Of a stretch of DNA of 40,152 bases, positions 1 to 12,840 are shown in pieces. Each line of letters opens with the position of its first letter. Positions within the stretch are counted from its first letter, which is position 1. Below the pieces are notes generated by a model. It was not told the origin of the DNA. It made no database searches and saw only the letters and a list, made by a program, of their open reading frames with translations. This DNA comes from Octopus bimaculoides (taxonomy: Eukaryota). The position numbers and the translations under genes were made by a program. Location: positions 156,931,651-156,971,802 of the forward strand of contig NC_068981.1 of the NCBI RefSeq assembly GCF_001194135.2. Direction: 5' to 3'.

Positions 1-601
1 CATACACACCCTTGCACACATAACCCATACATACCCCCATTCACACATACCTCCCATACACCTAACACACACCTTGCATATATACCGCCCACACACATGA
101 CAAACATACATGCGCGCCCTCACACACACATATAGACGAACGCACATATACACACACACACACACGCACAGTGGTAGAGACACACACCTTACACAGCCCT
201 ATACACACACAGACCCATATATACGCGCACGCCTACATACACATGCACACACAGGAGTGCACACACAAAATAACACACATACCTGGCACACATCCTTACG
301 CTCTCACACACATACACATGCACACACACGCCTCTCACATACACAAACACACACATACACGTACACACATCTCACATACACAATACTCACTCACATACAC
401 AACACACACGCACGCACGAAAACATACACAATATACAGACACGCACGCACAAAAAATATACACACACGCACACGGACACACACACACCCGTACCTAACAC
501 TCACAACCCCCCACACATCACAATCCCACGCACACGCACATCCACACACCCACATACACATACACACGCACTTCTCACCAACACAACACACTCACACAGA
601 C
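1..601 (+). repeat. Degenerate (CA)-rich low-complexity tract
   Basis: Read directly; the His/Thr-rich ORFs here are artefacts. Confidence 0.95.
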
Positions 602-1381
602 NNNNNNNNNNNNNNNNNNNNNNNNNNNNNNNNNNNNNNNNNNNNNNNNNNNNNNNNNNNNNNNNNNNNNNNNNNNNNNNNNNNNNNNNNNNNNNNNNNN
701 NNNNNNNNNNNNNNNNNNNNNNNNNNNNNNNNNNNNNNNNNNNNNNNNNNNNNNNNNNNNNNNNNNNNNNNNNNNNNNNNNNNNNNNNNNNNNNNNNNNN
801 NNNNNNNNNNNNNNNNNNNNNNNNNNNNNNNNNNNNNNNNNNNNNNNNNNNNNNNNNNNNNNNNNNNNNNNNNNNNNNNNNNNNNNNNNNNNNNNNNNNN
901 NNNNNNNNNNNNNNNNNNNNNNNNNNNNNNNNNNNNNNNNNNNNNNNNNNNNNNNNNNNNNNNNNNNNNNNNNNNNNNNNNNNNNNNNNNNNNNNNNNNN
1001 NNNNNNNNNNNNNNNNNNNNNNNNNNNNNNNNNNNNNNNNNNNNNNNNNNNNNNNNNNNNNNNNNNNNNNNNNNNNNNNNNNNNNNNNNNNNNNNNNNNN
1101 NNNNNNNNNNNNNNNNNNNNNNNNNNNNNNNNNNNNNNNNNNNNNNNNNNNNNNNNNNNNNNNNNNNNNNNNNNNNNNNNNNNNNNNNNNNNNNNNNNNN
1201 NNNNNNNNNNNNNNNNNNNNNNNNNNNNNNNNNNNNNNNNNNNNNNNNNNNNNNNNNNNNNNNNNNNNNNNNNNNNNNNNNNNNNNNNNNNNNNNNNNNN
1301 NNNNNNNNNNNNNNNNNNNNNNNNNNNNNNNNNNNNNNNNNNNNNNNNNNNNNNNNNNNNNNNNNNNNNNNNNNNNNNNNN
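602..1381. other. Assembly gap (N); other gaps at 27282-27765 and 35172-35364
   Basis: Runs of N, all flanked by simple repeats or low-complexity sequence. Confidence 1.
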
Positions 1382-1415
<34 letters not shown>

Positions 1416-4400
1416 TCGCAGTCTCCAGGCTTTACTCTATGCATTTCTTAACGCTAAAATAATTTATATGTATGTATACATACCCCACTCAGACTAGTTG
1501 CACTCAACTTCTAATAACATATATAAAAAATATGTCCACACATTACTGAAAATATAAACTAGTGGAGTATATAAAGATCCCCTAAGTTTATAGCTGAAGA
1601 ATATCTCACGAGAGATCTCAACGAACCAATTAGATATTCCGAATAGTGTCATAAATTTACATGAGAAATATGACAGATATTAGACATCATTAATGGATTT
1701 GTAATAAAGATAAAGAAATGTCTAAGAGATTAAATTGGTCACCGATGAAGAAAACAAGCACAAAAATCCGATTCTGGAAGGCAAGAGTTCAAGTTTATAA
1801 AAAAACAGTCTTTAAATAAATAAAGACAGTATGTGTGTCTCTGTTCATTATGCTCCGTGAGAGATGAGAAACAAGGCACAGAGAGAGTAAATATGCTTTG
1901 CAACGACATGGCTGACTGACCAAGATAAACGAGAGATCTTTCTCTCATCTGTTCTTAATTGCAGTTCCCTTACATACTGCAAAAGGGACTACTGATTGAC
2001 CAGGTACAGCCAATGTAAAATAGGATCAAGCTGTGTAGTTGGTTTCTGATAGGATCGATTTTACAGTCTGGTACCAATTTGTACACAGATAATATATATA
2101 TATTGGGCATTCAAAATTCATTTTTAATAAATCTTACTGTTTTCTGCAGTAGCTGTAATTAATAGCTAATAAAAGTACAGTTAATAGGTAGGTATTAATT
2201 GATACAACAAAGTCAAACTGAATGCTAGCCAAGATTTTCATACCGTTAGGTATGTAATAGTGAGAGCTAAAAAGAAGTAAGGAAGGGAAGCCAACGGTTG
2301 CAGAATATGCTACAAACCTTAAAAAAAAATCTATCACTGGTGTCCAAGGATCTAATTTGTGAACACACAATTCTACTTTTTCTTTTGTCAACGTTGATTA
2401 TACGATTCTTAGAATTTTTATTACAAACTATATACCTTCACAGAATCTTACACATATTTCATTTCGATTGTCTGTTACTTCAACTGAGGAAGATAAGTAA
2501 TATCTATTGCCTCTGAAAGTCCCCATAGACTGGCAAGAAAGTTGCGTATAAATTTATAATAAGACCATTCAATTATTACTCTTCTCAACATTTCTATCAA
2601 TCTCATCAAAAATATCGACCATTTAAACAAAACAATGTAGTGCCAGATATTGAAAAAGCAATAGTTACAATGGGAATATGGGTTTACTGGATCAAAGCTG
2701 TCTTGAGATTTAACAGCAATGCCACTTGTTACAATCCTGTCACAGTTGTATAAATGAAAATATCACATGATCTTTCATCAAAAGTAACTTACAACTATTA
2801 GAGGTTGGCATTGTGATCATTGAATAAGAGGACCTCAGAAAATTGAGACATTTTTCAATGTTTGGTTAATGTTGGTGGTTGACCTCTAACTATCTCATAG
2901 TACGTAACAGTTATGATTAGAGAGTCAACTGAGTTTCAATATTTTTTAATATTTCCCCCTGATAAGCAGTGTTTATTTTTATGTCTTTGTAAAATGATTC
3001 AGAGAACCAACGTTAAACTACACCCAATTCAAGTACACCCCTTGGGTTAAATGATATCATGTTGCAAACAGTACTGAATGATAGCAATGTTTTTACAAGG
3101 ACTCAAATCTGAATAGTGAGAAAATGCTAAAACATTTGCTGTATTCCTGGCTAACAGCATTATCGGTTAGACGCTCCAGTAACAATATATAACACACACA
3201 GGAATCATTATTTGAAAATCTCACTTAAATACATAATATACCATACACACACAAACACATACATTCACACAAGGCAGCGATATAAAAGAAGCAAACGTCT
3301 GTTTGAATACGTCGTAATTATTTAATGAAAAAATATATACTAGTCACACAGAATTAATATTTTAAAACATACAACTCAGATTACGATTAAGAAAACAATA
3401 TAATCAAGAACTTTATTCAAATACGATGACATCGAAATAGCTTTGAAAGTGGTTTTTATAAAGGCTAGCTTAATTCAGTTTTAAGTTAGGATGTGTTTTG
3501 ACTGAAATTCAAATTTGGAAGAACTGTATAAAAATCAATGAAATAAATCGTCCTCCACGTAGTTATTCTTTTCTAATTTGCAACTGGAAAATGTTACTTT
3601 TTCATCAAATTTCCATTTTGCACATTAGTTCCTTCCTTGGTTGCAGGATTTATTTATTATTTTTTTTCTTATCAGGTTTTTCAAAAGAGAGTTTATCATG
3701 AAAACGTTTAAATCATAACCAAATATGTTTTTCAGTATTCATTACAAGTGTGAGAAACAAGGTAATATCTGTTTGTAGAAAAGGAATAGTTTCCCCAGAT
3801 AAAAGAGCTATATTTGAATGTAATCTGGACACTTGATATCGTTGAATGGTGCAAATTTTATTATAAAAAGGTTTTGATGATTCAAGCAGAAAACGAAATT
3901 GGAACCGATAAGAATTAAGTGGTTAATGAAGTGGTTTTTAAATCTGGCAACTTACATGAAATGTATGTTACATTAATGCTAACATATTTCAATGCAGTGA
4001 ACATAGATCTAATATAAAAATAATTATAAAAATAATTATGTAGCAAGGCAAGGACAACATTAGCTCAATAATTTATATTATTTCAATCATTTCTGCGAGT
4101 CTTGCACAATATTCAACATCTATTTAGTGACAGCCTTCAGCAAGTATAGTGATTAACACATTACTAAGCTCTTAAAACCAAAACAAGTTCACAGTTGTCC
4201 CTCACTACGTTAAGATGATTAAAGGTATATTAGTGAATAACTAACGTTGTCTTTCCCTCAACACATAATTACATTAAATTTTTGATGCCCACAACATTAA
4301 TTACATTAACATTAACGTTTTTCATGCATATGGTGCCTCTGAGTAAATTACATCGGTAATTCATTTCTTTTAATAACACACACAAATAAGTTCTTCCAAA

Positions 4401-5641
4401 TTCAAATGTTATCAAGTATAAGGCCATGGCTTTTATATATATATATAATCACTGCCTTATCCTGATAACTAGGTTCTTTGATATTTTCATGCACCAGCTT
4501 ACATTTACATATTATTGCCACCATCCTATTGCATCAATTCACCTGACATGCCAACTCTTTTTAAATATAAACTTAGATAAAACCCTCCATGTTTTAATCT
4601 CTGCTATAAATCTCATCCATTGCTCAGATTTGCTTCATACTTACTTTTCAATAATTTCTAGATTAATTTCTCATAACATTTATCTTATTTTCAATGGAAG
4701 TCACCCATCATCTATCGATTTTGTGGCTCCAATACAAAACTTCGATTAACTGAAATGAATGTAATACTTTCTTTCACTTTGCCAGTTTTTTAAAGATACT
4801 AGGTAAATTTTACTTCTAAGATTAACCACCAGAGTATAGGAATATCACATTTTGAAATGGAATTTAGATTTATTACAGAAATTAAATAAAATTTATTTAT
4901 TCATTATTTCAACATTGCACATTTTTTTTTTTTAATTCCTTCAATAAGCATTTTAAATTTGAAATCCATTTATCAAGGAAAAGATTTTAAATTATCTGGA
5001 AAACATGGCAAAAAAGTTATGAGCTCAGTGATTATTATTTTCAGAAATAAAACTTGAAAAAAGAAAACGAGAGAAAAATAAACGTCATGAGTAGTATATT
5101 TTAAAATCAAAGCACTGAGCTGCTTTAAATATTTGGGAGAGAGAGAAAGAGAACCCTTTAAGAGATAAAAAGTTTACTCTGTGGACTCATTTATAAAGAA
5201 AATTCTATTATATCCCCCATTAAAAGAAAAAGTAAAAAGAGGAATGTTATAAAAATTTAGTTGAACATATATAAGTTCGTTATGCTAAAGAAAAGACATT
5301 CAAACCCAAAGTGATGACAAAATGAATTAAAAAAATTAAAAAATTTAATTGTTACAAAAAGTTACAGAATGTGAAAATACTATTAGTATTGGGTTGATGA
5401 GGAGGGGGTGTGTCCAAAATGACATGTGGTCAAATAAAATAAAAACAAAATAAAAGCAAACAAAAGAAAAGTGCATTAGAATGAGTTATATAACATTTCT
5501 GGTGTGCACAAAATAGCTTTTTATGGAGCATATAAAAAAAGAAAATATCATTCACACGGCTTGTATCAATCAGAAGATATGGAAGAAGATACTTGCCACG
5601 CAGTGAGATGAAACCAAGAACTCAGGATTGCAAAGCAAACT

Positions 5642-5683
<42 letters not shown>

Positions 5684-5733
5684 CCATCAAAGAATTCATA
5701 AATCAGAAAAAAATATGCTCCTATTAATCAAAA

Positions 5734-5903
5734 TATACACTATCATAGATCTATTTCAGCCAATCTTATCAATCAGTTTTCTATTTTGTATTAGATAACA
5801 GCACTGTTATGTAACACCCATATGTTACTTAACAGTACTTATCTAACATCAAGTACAAAGCTGATTAGTAAGATTGACTGAAATAGATCTATAATACTGT
5901 ATA
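5734..5903. repeat. Long inverted repeat (arms ~80 bp, 6-nt loop)
   Basis: 5734-5816 is the reverse complement of 5823-5903 at roughly 80% identity. Confidence 0.88.
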
Positions 5904-5906
5904 CTA

Positions 5907-5961
<55 letters not shown>

Positions 5962-6395
5962 TACACACACCTACATATATACTTACATGGTGAACATGTG
6001 TATGCATATATATATGTACATCATTTGATCTGCAACCTTTTTCCTAATCACTTCAAATTCATTAGTCACTAAATTAATGTTTTCTCTGTGAAGTTCTAGT
6101 TGGACCTTTTCTTGAACAGCAAAATAGACCATCATTATATAAAAATACTATTCACCTCAAAGGTCAAAAAATATTTTTGCTATATCAATAACTAATAACA
6201 TTTTGAACAAACATTGGCAACGTTTGTGAATAAGACAAAGATTCAACTTAACTCTGAAGATATTTTACTTATTTATTTTTTTATCTGCAATATGGGTGCA
6301 GACAATAAGGCCTACTGAGTCCATACATCAACGCAAAACGTGTGGTACTTTTCAAAGATCACCAGTAATATTTTTCTTTTTTTCTTTTTTTTACT

Positions 6396-6540
6396 ATAGG
6401 CACAAGGCCTGAAATTTTGGGGAGAAGTGAACTAGTTGATTTCATTAACCCCAGGCCTTGATTGGTACATATTTTATCAGCCCTGAAAGGTAAAGTTGAC
6501 TTTGGTTGAATTTGAACTCAGAATATAAGGCCAGAGAAAA
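6396..6540 (-). mobile_element. Decayed SINE fragment
   Basis: GGCACAAGGCCTGAAATTTTGGGG..CCCCAG..TTGGTAC..AAAGTTGACTTTGG..GAATTTGAACTCAGAA; shares the CCCCAG/GGTAC block with the family A tail. Confidence 0.6.
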
Positions 6541-8487
6541 TGAAAGGCCATCAGTATATTAAAAACAGAGATGATAATCAGAACTTTATCATAATGTACC
6601 TTTGAATTTGCATTTTATTCCAATTAATATCTTCTTAATAATATTTTTATTCAGTGCCTAAAATATAAATACTAAAAAACAAATCAAATAAAAAATAATT
6701 TAATATTACAAAGAAAATGTTCAAAGCCACAACAGCATCTAAGACATCATTCCTTAGTTGATGGATGTTTAATATATAACACTAACCCTCATCCTATCAT
6801 CTTGCACACAACTTACTCATCAGATCTGAGTATCTTTTAAACAGTTTATTGTTTTGTTATTTTTGTCTTGATATTTCAATATTTTACCAAAAATTGTTTA
6901 TATTTGTCAGTCTTTGAATCACAGTATATAAACTAGACATTATCATTTAGTGTCTATTTATTACAAAGTAATTTAGAGGCAGTTACCACAAACTGTTATA
7001 AACACCTGAAAATTAAATTATGCTGTAACTTTACATGCACAAACACACACACACACACACATACTACTGTATGTGAGGGTGCATAACAATGGAACATTTC
7101 CTGGCAAGGAGATTCAATACAGAAAAGTAGCTTCAAATTTATTTTTAAAATCATTTTGACAGGGACTAGTAGTTTCACCAGACAATTTATTCAACCGGTG
7201 ATGAAATGTTTTGTTGCTAATGTCTATAATGTATAATAAATATTAGAAAGAAAGTTTTTCACCACTGGTTAAATAAGCTGTCAGGCAAAAACTTGAAGAC
7301 CCGGTAAAAACAAATTTGTGTGTGTGTGTGTATGTGTCTATAGAAAGAGAGAGACTTTTTTACTGGTTCTGGTTTCAGCAGTAAAATGGTCCATTTAAGT
7401 GGCTAATTAGAATAACAAACACAATAACAATTATTATACAAAATAGAAATAATAAATAACTTAATGTTGAGCTAAAAATATACTTTAAAAAATTCATAAT
7501 TTTCTTTCAAATTACATACATAATGCAGGCTCAAAAAACAATTAAATATTTATAGAAACAAGTTACTTTATTTGCAATGCAAATATATTCAATTCTTATT
7601 TAAAATTTTTAAATAAAATAGCTCTGGTACAAAAACAAAATGTATTTAAATCAACACTGAAATAACATACTTGCTGGTCATTCTATCACTTCTACATACA
7701 ACAACAACATTGTTTTTCTCTTGGGACCTAATCATCCCAGGCCATTCATTGTTTGTATATGTTCCTTTATCTACTATCAGGAATATGCGGTGACATTTCA
7801 CCCCACAACAAAGTTATCTCAATACTTTTTCTTATGACATAATAACAACTGATACTATTCTTAAAGAAGCCAAAAGGCAAAGAGTAGTTGGGCTTTATGG
7901 TGTACTCTATTGTGTTCCCCAGAATTATTTAATATTCATTTTACATATTTTCCCTATTTTTTATATAAACAACTTTTCTACATCCAATACTACCTCCTAG
8001 TGACAATTTCTAATTGATTTTCCAGTTGTGTACCTCCACTGGTTTGGTGGATGCCCAAAAATGTATAAATGTTGCTAACAGAATCAGTTCTGGTACATGC
8101 AAGTAAAGACTGTTTTTATGTCATTCTCATGTTAATGAGTATAGAAGAGCCAAGTCCTACAAAGGTCATTACAATACAGCTAGTGCCAACTAAATAGAAT
8201 TCTCACTACCTGTTGATAGATATCAAGCTAATATAGAGAGTGTTGTCAAATGTATAAAATAATATGACTATAACATAATATAAAATATGACGGATATTCA
8301 AGTGTTACATTCTCATTCTTTGCTTGAATGTACTTAAATTGGAAAAGTTACTCTTGAGATTATTTGACTATTTTTAACTGATAGTTCCCTATAGAATATG
8401 ATGATCCTTTAAGAAATAACAAAAACAAAAATGTTAAAATATATATTCCTGTAGTTAATATTTAAAATGAAAATAGGTGTAAACTCT

Positions 8488-8489
<2 letters not shown>

Positions 8490-8533
<44 letters not shown>
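8490..8533. repeat. T44 homopolymer (A44 on the minus strand)
   Basis: Read directly. Confidence 0.97.
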
Positions 8534-8534
<1 letters not shown>

Positions 8535-9152
8535 TCAAGGTTTTCACATTTATGTCCAATATGAACCAACACACCAAGAGATGAATAATGTCAATGGCAA
8601 AGGCTGCAAGACTCAGTCATAAACAGAAATAACCATTATCTTACAATTATTACCAAGGTAACAGGTTTCTATGGATTGGTAGATTTATTGGAATGGTGCA
8701 AAATGAAGAGAATGATTTAAACTTAGAACAATGGGTTAGCCTACATATCTATAGAATATAAATGTTCAACCTGGTGCTGTCCATCTCAATGTTATCAGTT
8801 CAGGAATTCTCAAGTAGCGAAGTGACAGAAAGAGTACAGTGCTAAGACTAAATGCCTTTTAGTATTCAGTTTTACCTTTTCATATCTTAAGATCAAATCT
8901 CACTGGAGTCGGCTTTGCAACTTCAAGAACAAGACACTGTGCTGGAGTTTTGTTGCTATATAAAACTTCAGTAATTTGGAATCTCTATAAAGAGATACAC
9001 AATTCAATGATATGTTGGAAAATATAGATATTTACTTCTAGATGCACATTATAAGTCCACTCACAGTACTGCATAATAGGAATAATATCCATTTTCAAGA
9101 CATGATGATTATATATCATGTCAAGTAATATGAATTACTGTAGGCATTCATT

Positions 9153-9233
9153 TTTATTTCCTTCAATAATTCTGGGAGGAAGGAAACAGTAAATAATAAA
9201 GGTTTAATTTCAATTTTTTTTTAATGTTTTATT
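9153..9233 (-). promoter_or_regulatory. Candidate polyadenylation signals (AATAAA at 9228-9233 and 9153-9158) of the TMX3-like gene
   Basis: Hexamers 300-390 nt downstream of the stop codon; AATAAA is frequent by chance in AT-rich DNA. Confidence 0.25.
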
Positions 9234-9540
9234 AATATATTTTTTATGTATTTATTTATATATATTTTTGTTAACTTGTTTTCCTGCACTACATTCCTTA
9301 CTTGTCACAGGTTTATATCATCCTGTAAGAGGTGGGTGGCAGTTGATTTAGACAGACAAATATAAAAGGAAGAAGGGAGACGGGGACAAATAAATAAACA
9401 TAAAATGCATGGAAGATGTGAGAGTTATTTTTAAAAAAAATGAGTTTTCCATGACGAAGACAGGAAAGCTGTTCAAGATAGCAGTTCCATTGGCGGCTGA
9501 TAAAGGGATTAATGGATGAGATCAATTAAATGAGACAACC

Positions 9541-9605
9541 TTATTCAGATTTTAAATGTTTTGGACATTTGTGTGGAACTGCTTTCGGACAGGGTTTTGG
9601 TCCAT
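9541..9605 (-). CDS. TMX3: TMX3-like terminal coding exon, (D)GPKPCPKAVPHKCPKHLKSE*
   Basis: tttttcag acceptor in the required phase (G+AT = Asp), TAA at 9541-9543, Lys at -3 as expected for an ER-retrieval tail. Homology to the vertebrate tail is weak, so this exon rests on phase and position. Confidence 0.75.
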
Positions 9606-10342
9606 CTGAAAAACAACAGAAACATATTTAATTGTAAGGTAATGTGTATGCGTGTATGTGTATTTGAACGTGTAAGTAGAGGAGGTATGTGTTAGATTTT
9701 GTTTTTATATGAAGTGGTAGATATATGAGAGAGGTTGTGGGTTGTGACAGATGTAGAAAAAGAATGAAGCTGTGTATGTGTGTCAAAAGTTATATATGTT
9801 CATGAGAGACTGTATGAGTGTAAGTCTGATTTTGTATGTAGTTGAGAATATGTGAGAGAGAAGTTGAAGATATCTGTAAAAAGAGGTACAAAAGAAAGGT
9901 TGCAAGAATATATGAAAGATTGTACATGAAGTTAGACTGCATAAAATAATGTGTATGCCTGAAAGAGAGAGAGAGAGAGGTTTGTAATGATGTATTAATT
10001 TATAAATGTTTATATGATCAATATTGTGTGTTTCTTGTAAGTGCTGTAGAGTCAATGCGACCTGTTAATATGACTGTTATAGTACATATATTAATGAATT
10101 TATGTAAATTATATACATGTAATTGTGTGTGAGAAAATACAAACAAAACTGTAGCATTGCATAGATTAAGAATGAAATTGATTATAAAGATAAAGATGAA
10201 GCTTATATTTGATCCATATAACAGATACTACACTCACAATATACACATACTCACATACACACTTACTCTCACATACATACATATAGTCATACAAAGATAC
10301 AATAAACTCTTCACTAATTGAGTTCATAGCCAGCTTTTGATT

Positions 10343-10440
10343 TCCATCATCAGTTTTACATCCACTTTTCCATGCTAGCATGGGTTGGATGCATGATTAC
10401 AGTCCAAGCCAATATTTGATGTTACAGCCTTCCCAGATGT
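10343..10440 (-). mobile_element. Family B tail fragment; further decayed copies near 10715-10870, 32475-32560 and 32650-32700
   Basis: CATCATCAG..TTTTCCATGCTAGCATGGGTTGGA. Confidence 0.65.
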
Positions 10441-11007
10441 CCTGCAGTCCACGTCTCATTTATACATTCAGTTTTACTCATATTGTTAATGATCAAGGGA
10501 AATCATGAATGTCTCCTTGTTTTCTCTACACAATAAACCTAAAGCACATACACCAATGTGAGTAATGTCATTACTCACATCAATGGTCTATCAATGGTGG
10601 AAGTTTAGAAAAGTTAAGCCAACTTCCAGAGATAACAACAAGATATGTTTCAAACCTCTAATTAATTCTGTCTGATCTTAGTGCCAGCTCACCCATGCAG
10701 AATAAATAATTTATCATCATCATTTTTACATCAACTTTTTCACACTGGCATAAGTCAGAATTTTGTTGAGGTGAATTTTCTATAGCTGGATACCTTTCCT
10801 GTCACCAATCCTCACCTGTTTCCAAGTAAGGTATATTTCTCCCGTAACCAGGTATGTTTCACATAGAAGATTGTGAGTGAAGAACACCATTTGCATGGCA
10901 ATAACATTTGTTTACAACTATCACACAATGTCAAGGCAAGAAGACACACGAACAACACACACAAATACACATGCACACACACACACACACTCACATATAT
11001 GCATATA

Positions 11008-11160
11008 TGTGATAGGTTTCTTTCAGTTCCCATCAACCAAATCCACTTACAAGGCTTCTGTCAGTCCAGGGTTATAGTGGGAGTGACTTTCCAAGGTGCC
11101 ATGCAATGGGGTTGAACACAGAAACATGTGGTTGAGAAGCAAACAACTTACTATTTACAA
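11008..11160 (-). mobile_element. SINE family A, decayed 5' half
   Basis: TTTCTTTCAGTT..CAAATCCACTTACAAGGC..CCAAGGTGCCATGCAATGGG..CATGTGGTTG. Confidence 0.7.
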
Positions 11161-11235
11161 CAAACCAATATACATGCCACTTCCATTACATAGCTCAATC
11201 AATCTAAAACAGCATCAAATATAATTTTTGTTTAC

Positions 11236-11404
11236 CATGTTTACTTTGTTTATGACTGTCTTCATCTTCATCTTCAGCATCAGATAAAGCAGTTTCTTGA
11301 TCAAAGGGCTCCATACAACAAATACTATAGCAAACAACACTAATAATAACTGTTGGCAGGCCAAACATCAAAAGAAATAACCATCGTGATGCTGTCCATA
11401 TGGC
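11236..11404 (-). CDS. TMX3: TMX3-like exon (169 nt) with transmembrane helix and acidic cytosolic linker, AIWTASRWLFLLMFGLPTVIISVVCYSICCMEPFDQETALSDAEDEDEDSHKQSKH
   Basis: tttccag acceptor, gtaaac donor; FGLP..IS..CY motif matches the TMX3 transmembrane segment (FLFGLPLGVISIMCY). Confidence 0.93.
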
Positions 11405-12751
11405 CTGGAAATCGGAGAAAGTGAAAAATGAATATTTTTAATACAGGAAAGACTGGTCAAGAAATTCGGTTGGATAAAAAGAGCAAAAGGAAATAAACCC
11501 TACAAAGAAAACACCAGGTGACTAGAATACATAAAGGTTACTAAAGTAATGATTTTTAATAGCATTTTAAGATAGAGAATACTGACTGAAACACCTTAAG
11601 TATTAAAGCAATGATTCTTTTATAATGGTTAAGCCATATTAAAAAAAAACAAAAACGGACTTGTGTGTGTGAATATGTCAGAATATGATGAAATTAGAAA
11701 AGGGATACAGTAGTGAGATTTTTTTTTTTTGTTTTTTTTTTTTAGGCCAGTTGAGTTCCCAACTTGTTTACCATTCTCCACCAGAACCATTACAGTTGAT
11801 GTCTGCAATCTCAACCATGGTCAATAACCTTGAGAAAAGATGAGCTCTATCCATCAAATTTACCATTAACACATTATAAAGTCATCAGTGACACTAAACA
11901 ATCTGAGTTACAGAACATGCCATCAGAAATAGATTGCAACAACCTATTTTTCTGACTAAGGTGGACTTGTGTCAGAGTAAAAATTCACAATGTAAACAGT
12001 TTATGTTTTGGAAGGAATTTAGGTTGTTTTAGTATCAATGATAGTGTTGTTACTGTGCTGTGACAAGTTCACTTTACTTTCCGCTTCAAATCAACTAAAT
12101 TCTTTCTAGTTGATTTCAGATGGAGTAGATAACACACTAGATATCCAGTCCTGCATTGGACAAAACAAACAACATTACTACATTACTAGCAGTGATAAAC
12201 AGTGGATATATATTCAACATATCCCACTATAACTTGCATCAATATTGAATTCTTTAAAATAAACATTTTTCTTCTTTTTTTTTCTTTGTTTTTTTTTTTT
12301 TTTGCATTATATCTTTTAATGGAATCTGCTTTTAAAGAGTGTATATATGTGTGAATGAATGACTGAATGTGTGTGTATACCTTCTGTTGCATTGGCAATA
12401 ATATAGAGGGTCACAGATAGTATTGATGTGACAACAATGTATTCCAACTGATGTGTCACTTCACCTACCATTGGAGGCCCCATATCTAGGCAGGAATTTG
12501 AATTGATTAAATACAGTACACAATGCTTCCAGTTGGCGTTCCAACTCTCACTAGCAACACGACAATTTATTAAAATTATAACTATGATGAAGGCAGGTAG
12601 AGAAACTAGTTCTCTAAATATCTAGAAGTATTAAAAATAACAGAGAAAATGAAAAAAATAAATTAGCCAAACACAAGAAACAGTATTGTGAAATAAATAC
12701 CCACTAAAAAGATTTAAAAGATTGTTAAAAATCGAAAGAAAATGTACATAC

Positions 12752-12820
12752 CATAACCGTTGACCATATATCATAACCGATTCTTTTTAGTCTTTGAGTA
12801 AATCCTGTACCTCCTTGGGC
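12752..12820 (-). CDS. TMX3: TMX3-like internal exon (69 nt), AQGGTGFTQRLKRIGYDIWSTVM
   Basis: tttcttgtag acceptor, gtatgt donor, phase 0-0; close match to TMX3 AQGGDSILQRLKRIVFDAKSTIV. Confidence 0.95.
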
Positions 12821-12840
12821 CTACAAGAAAAATATACAGC

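Noticed and set aside
110-1462. 450-aa and 289-aa ORFs and other His/Thr- or Cys/Val-rich ORFs
   Set aside because: Translations of (CA)n/(TG)n low-complexity DNA running through N gaps; the same applies to the ORFs at 27199-27852 and 35012-35411.
1830-2070. CCAAT-like boxes and relatively CpG-rich sequence suggesting a promoter
   Set aside because: No associated coding exon identified; motifs too short to support a call.
4645-4749. 105-nt minus-strand segment with a strong acceptor (catttcag) and donor (gtaagt)
   Set aside because: Stops in all three frames; could be a UTR or lncRNA exon, but such site pairs arise by chance and nothing links it to a gene.
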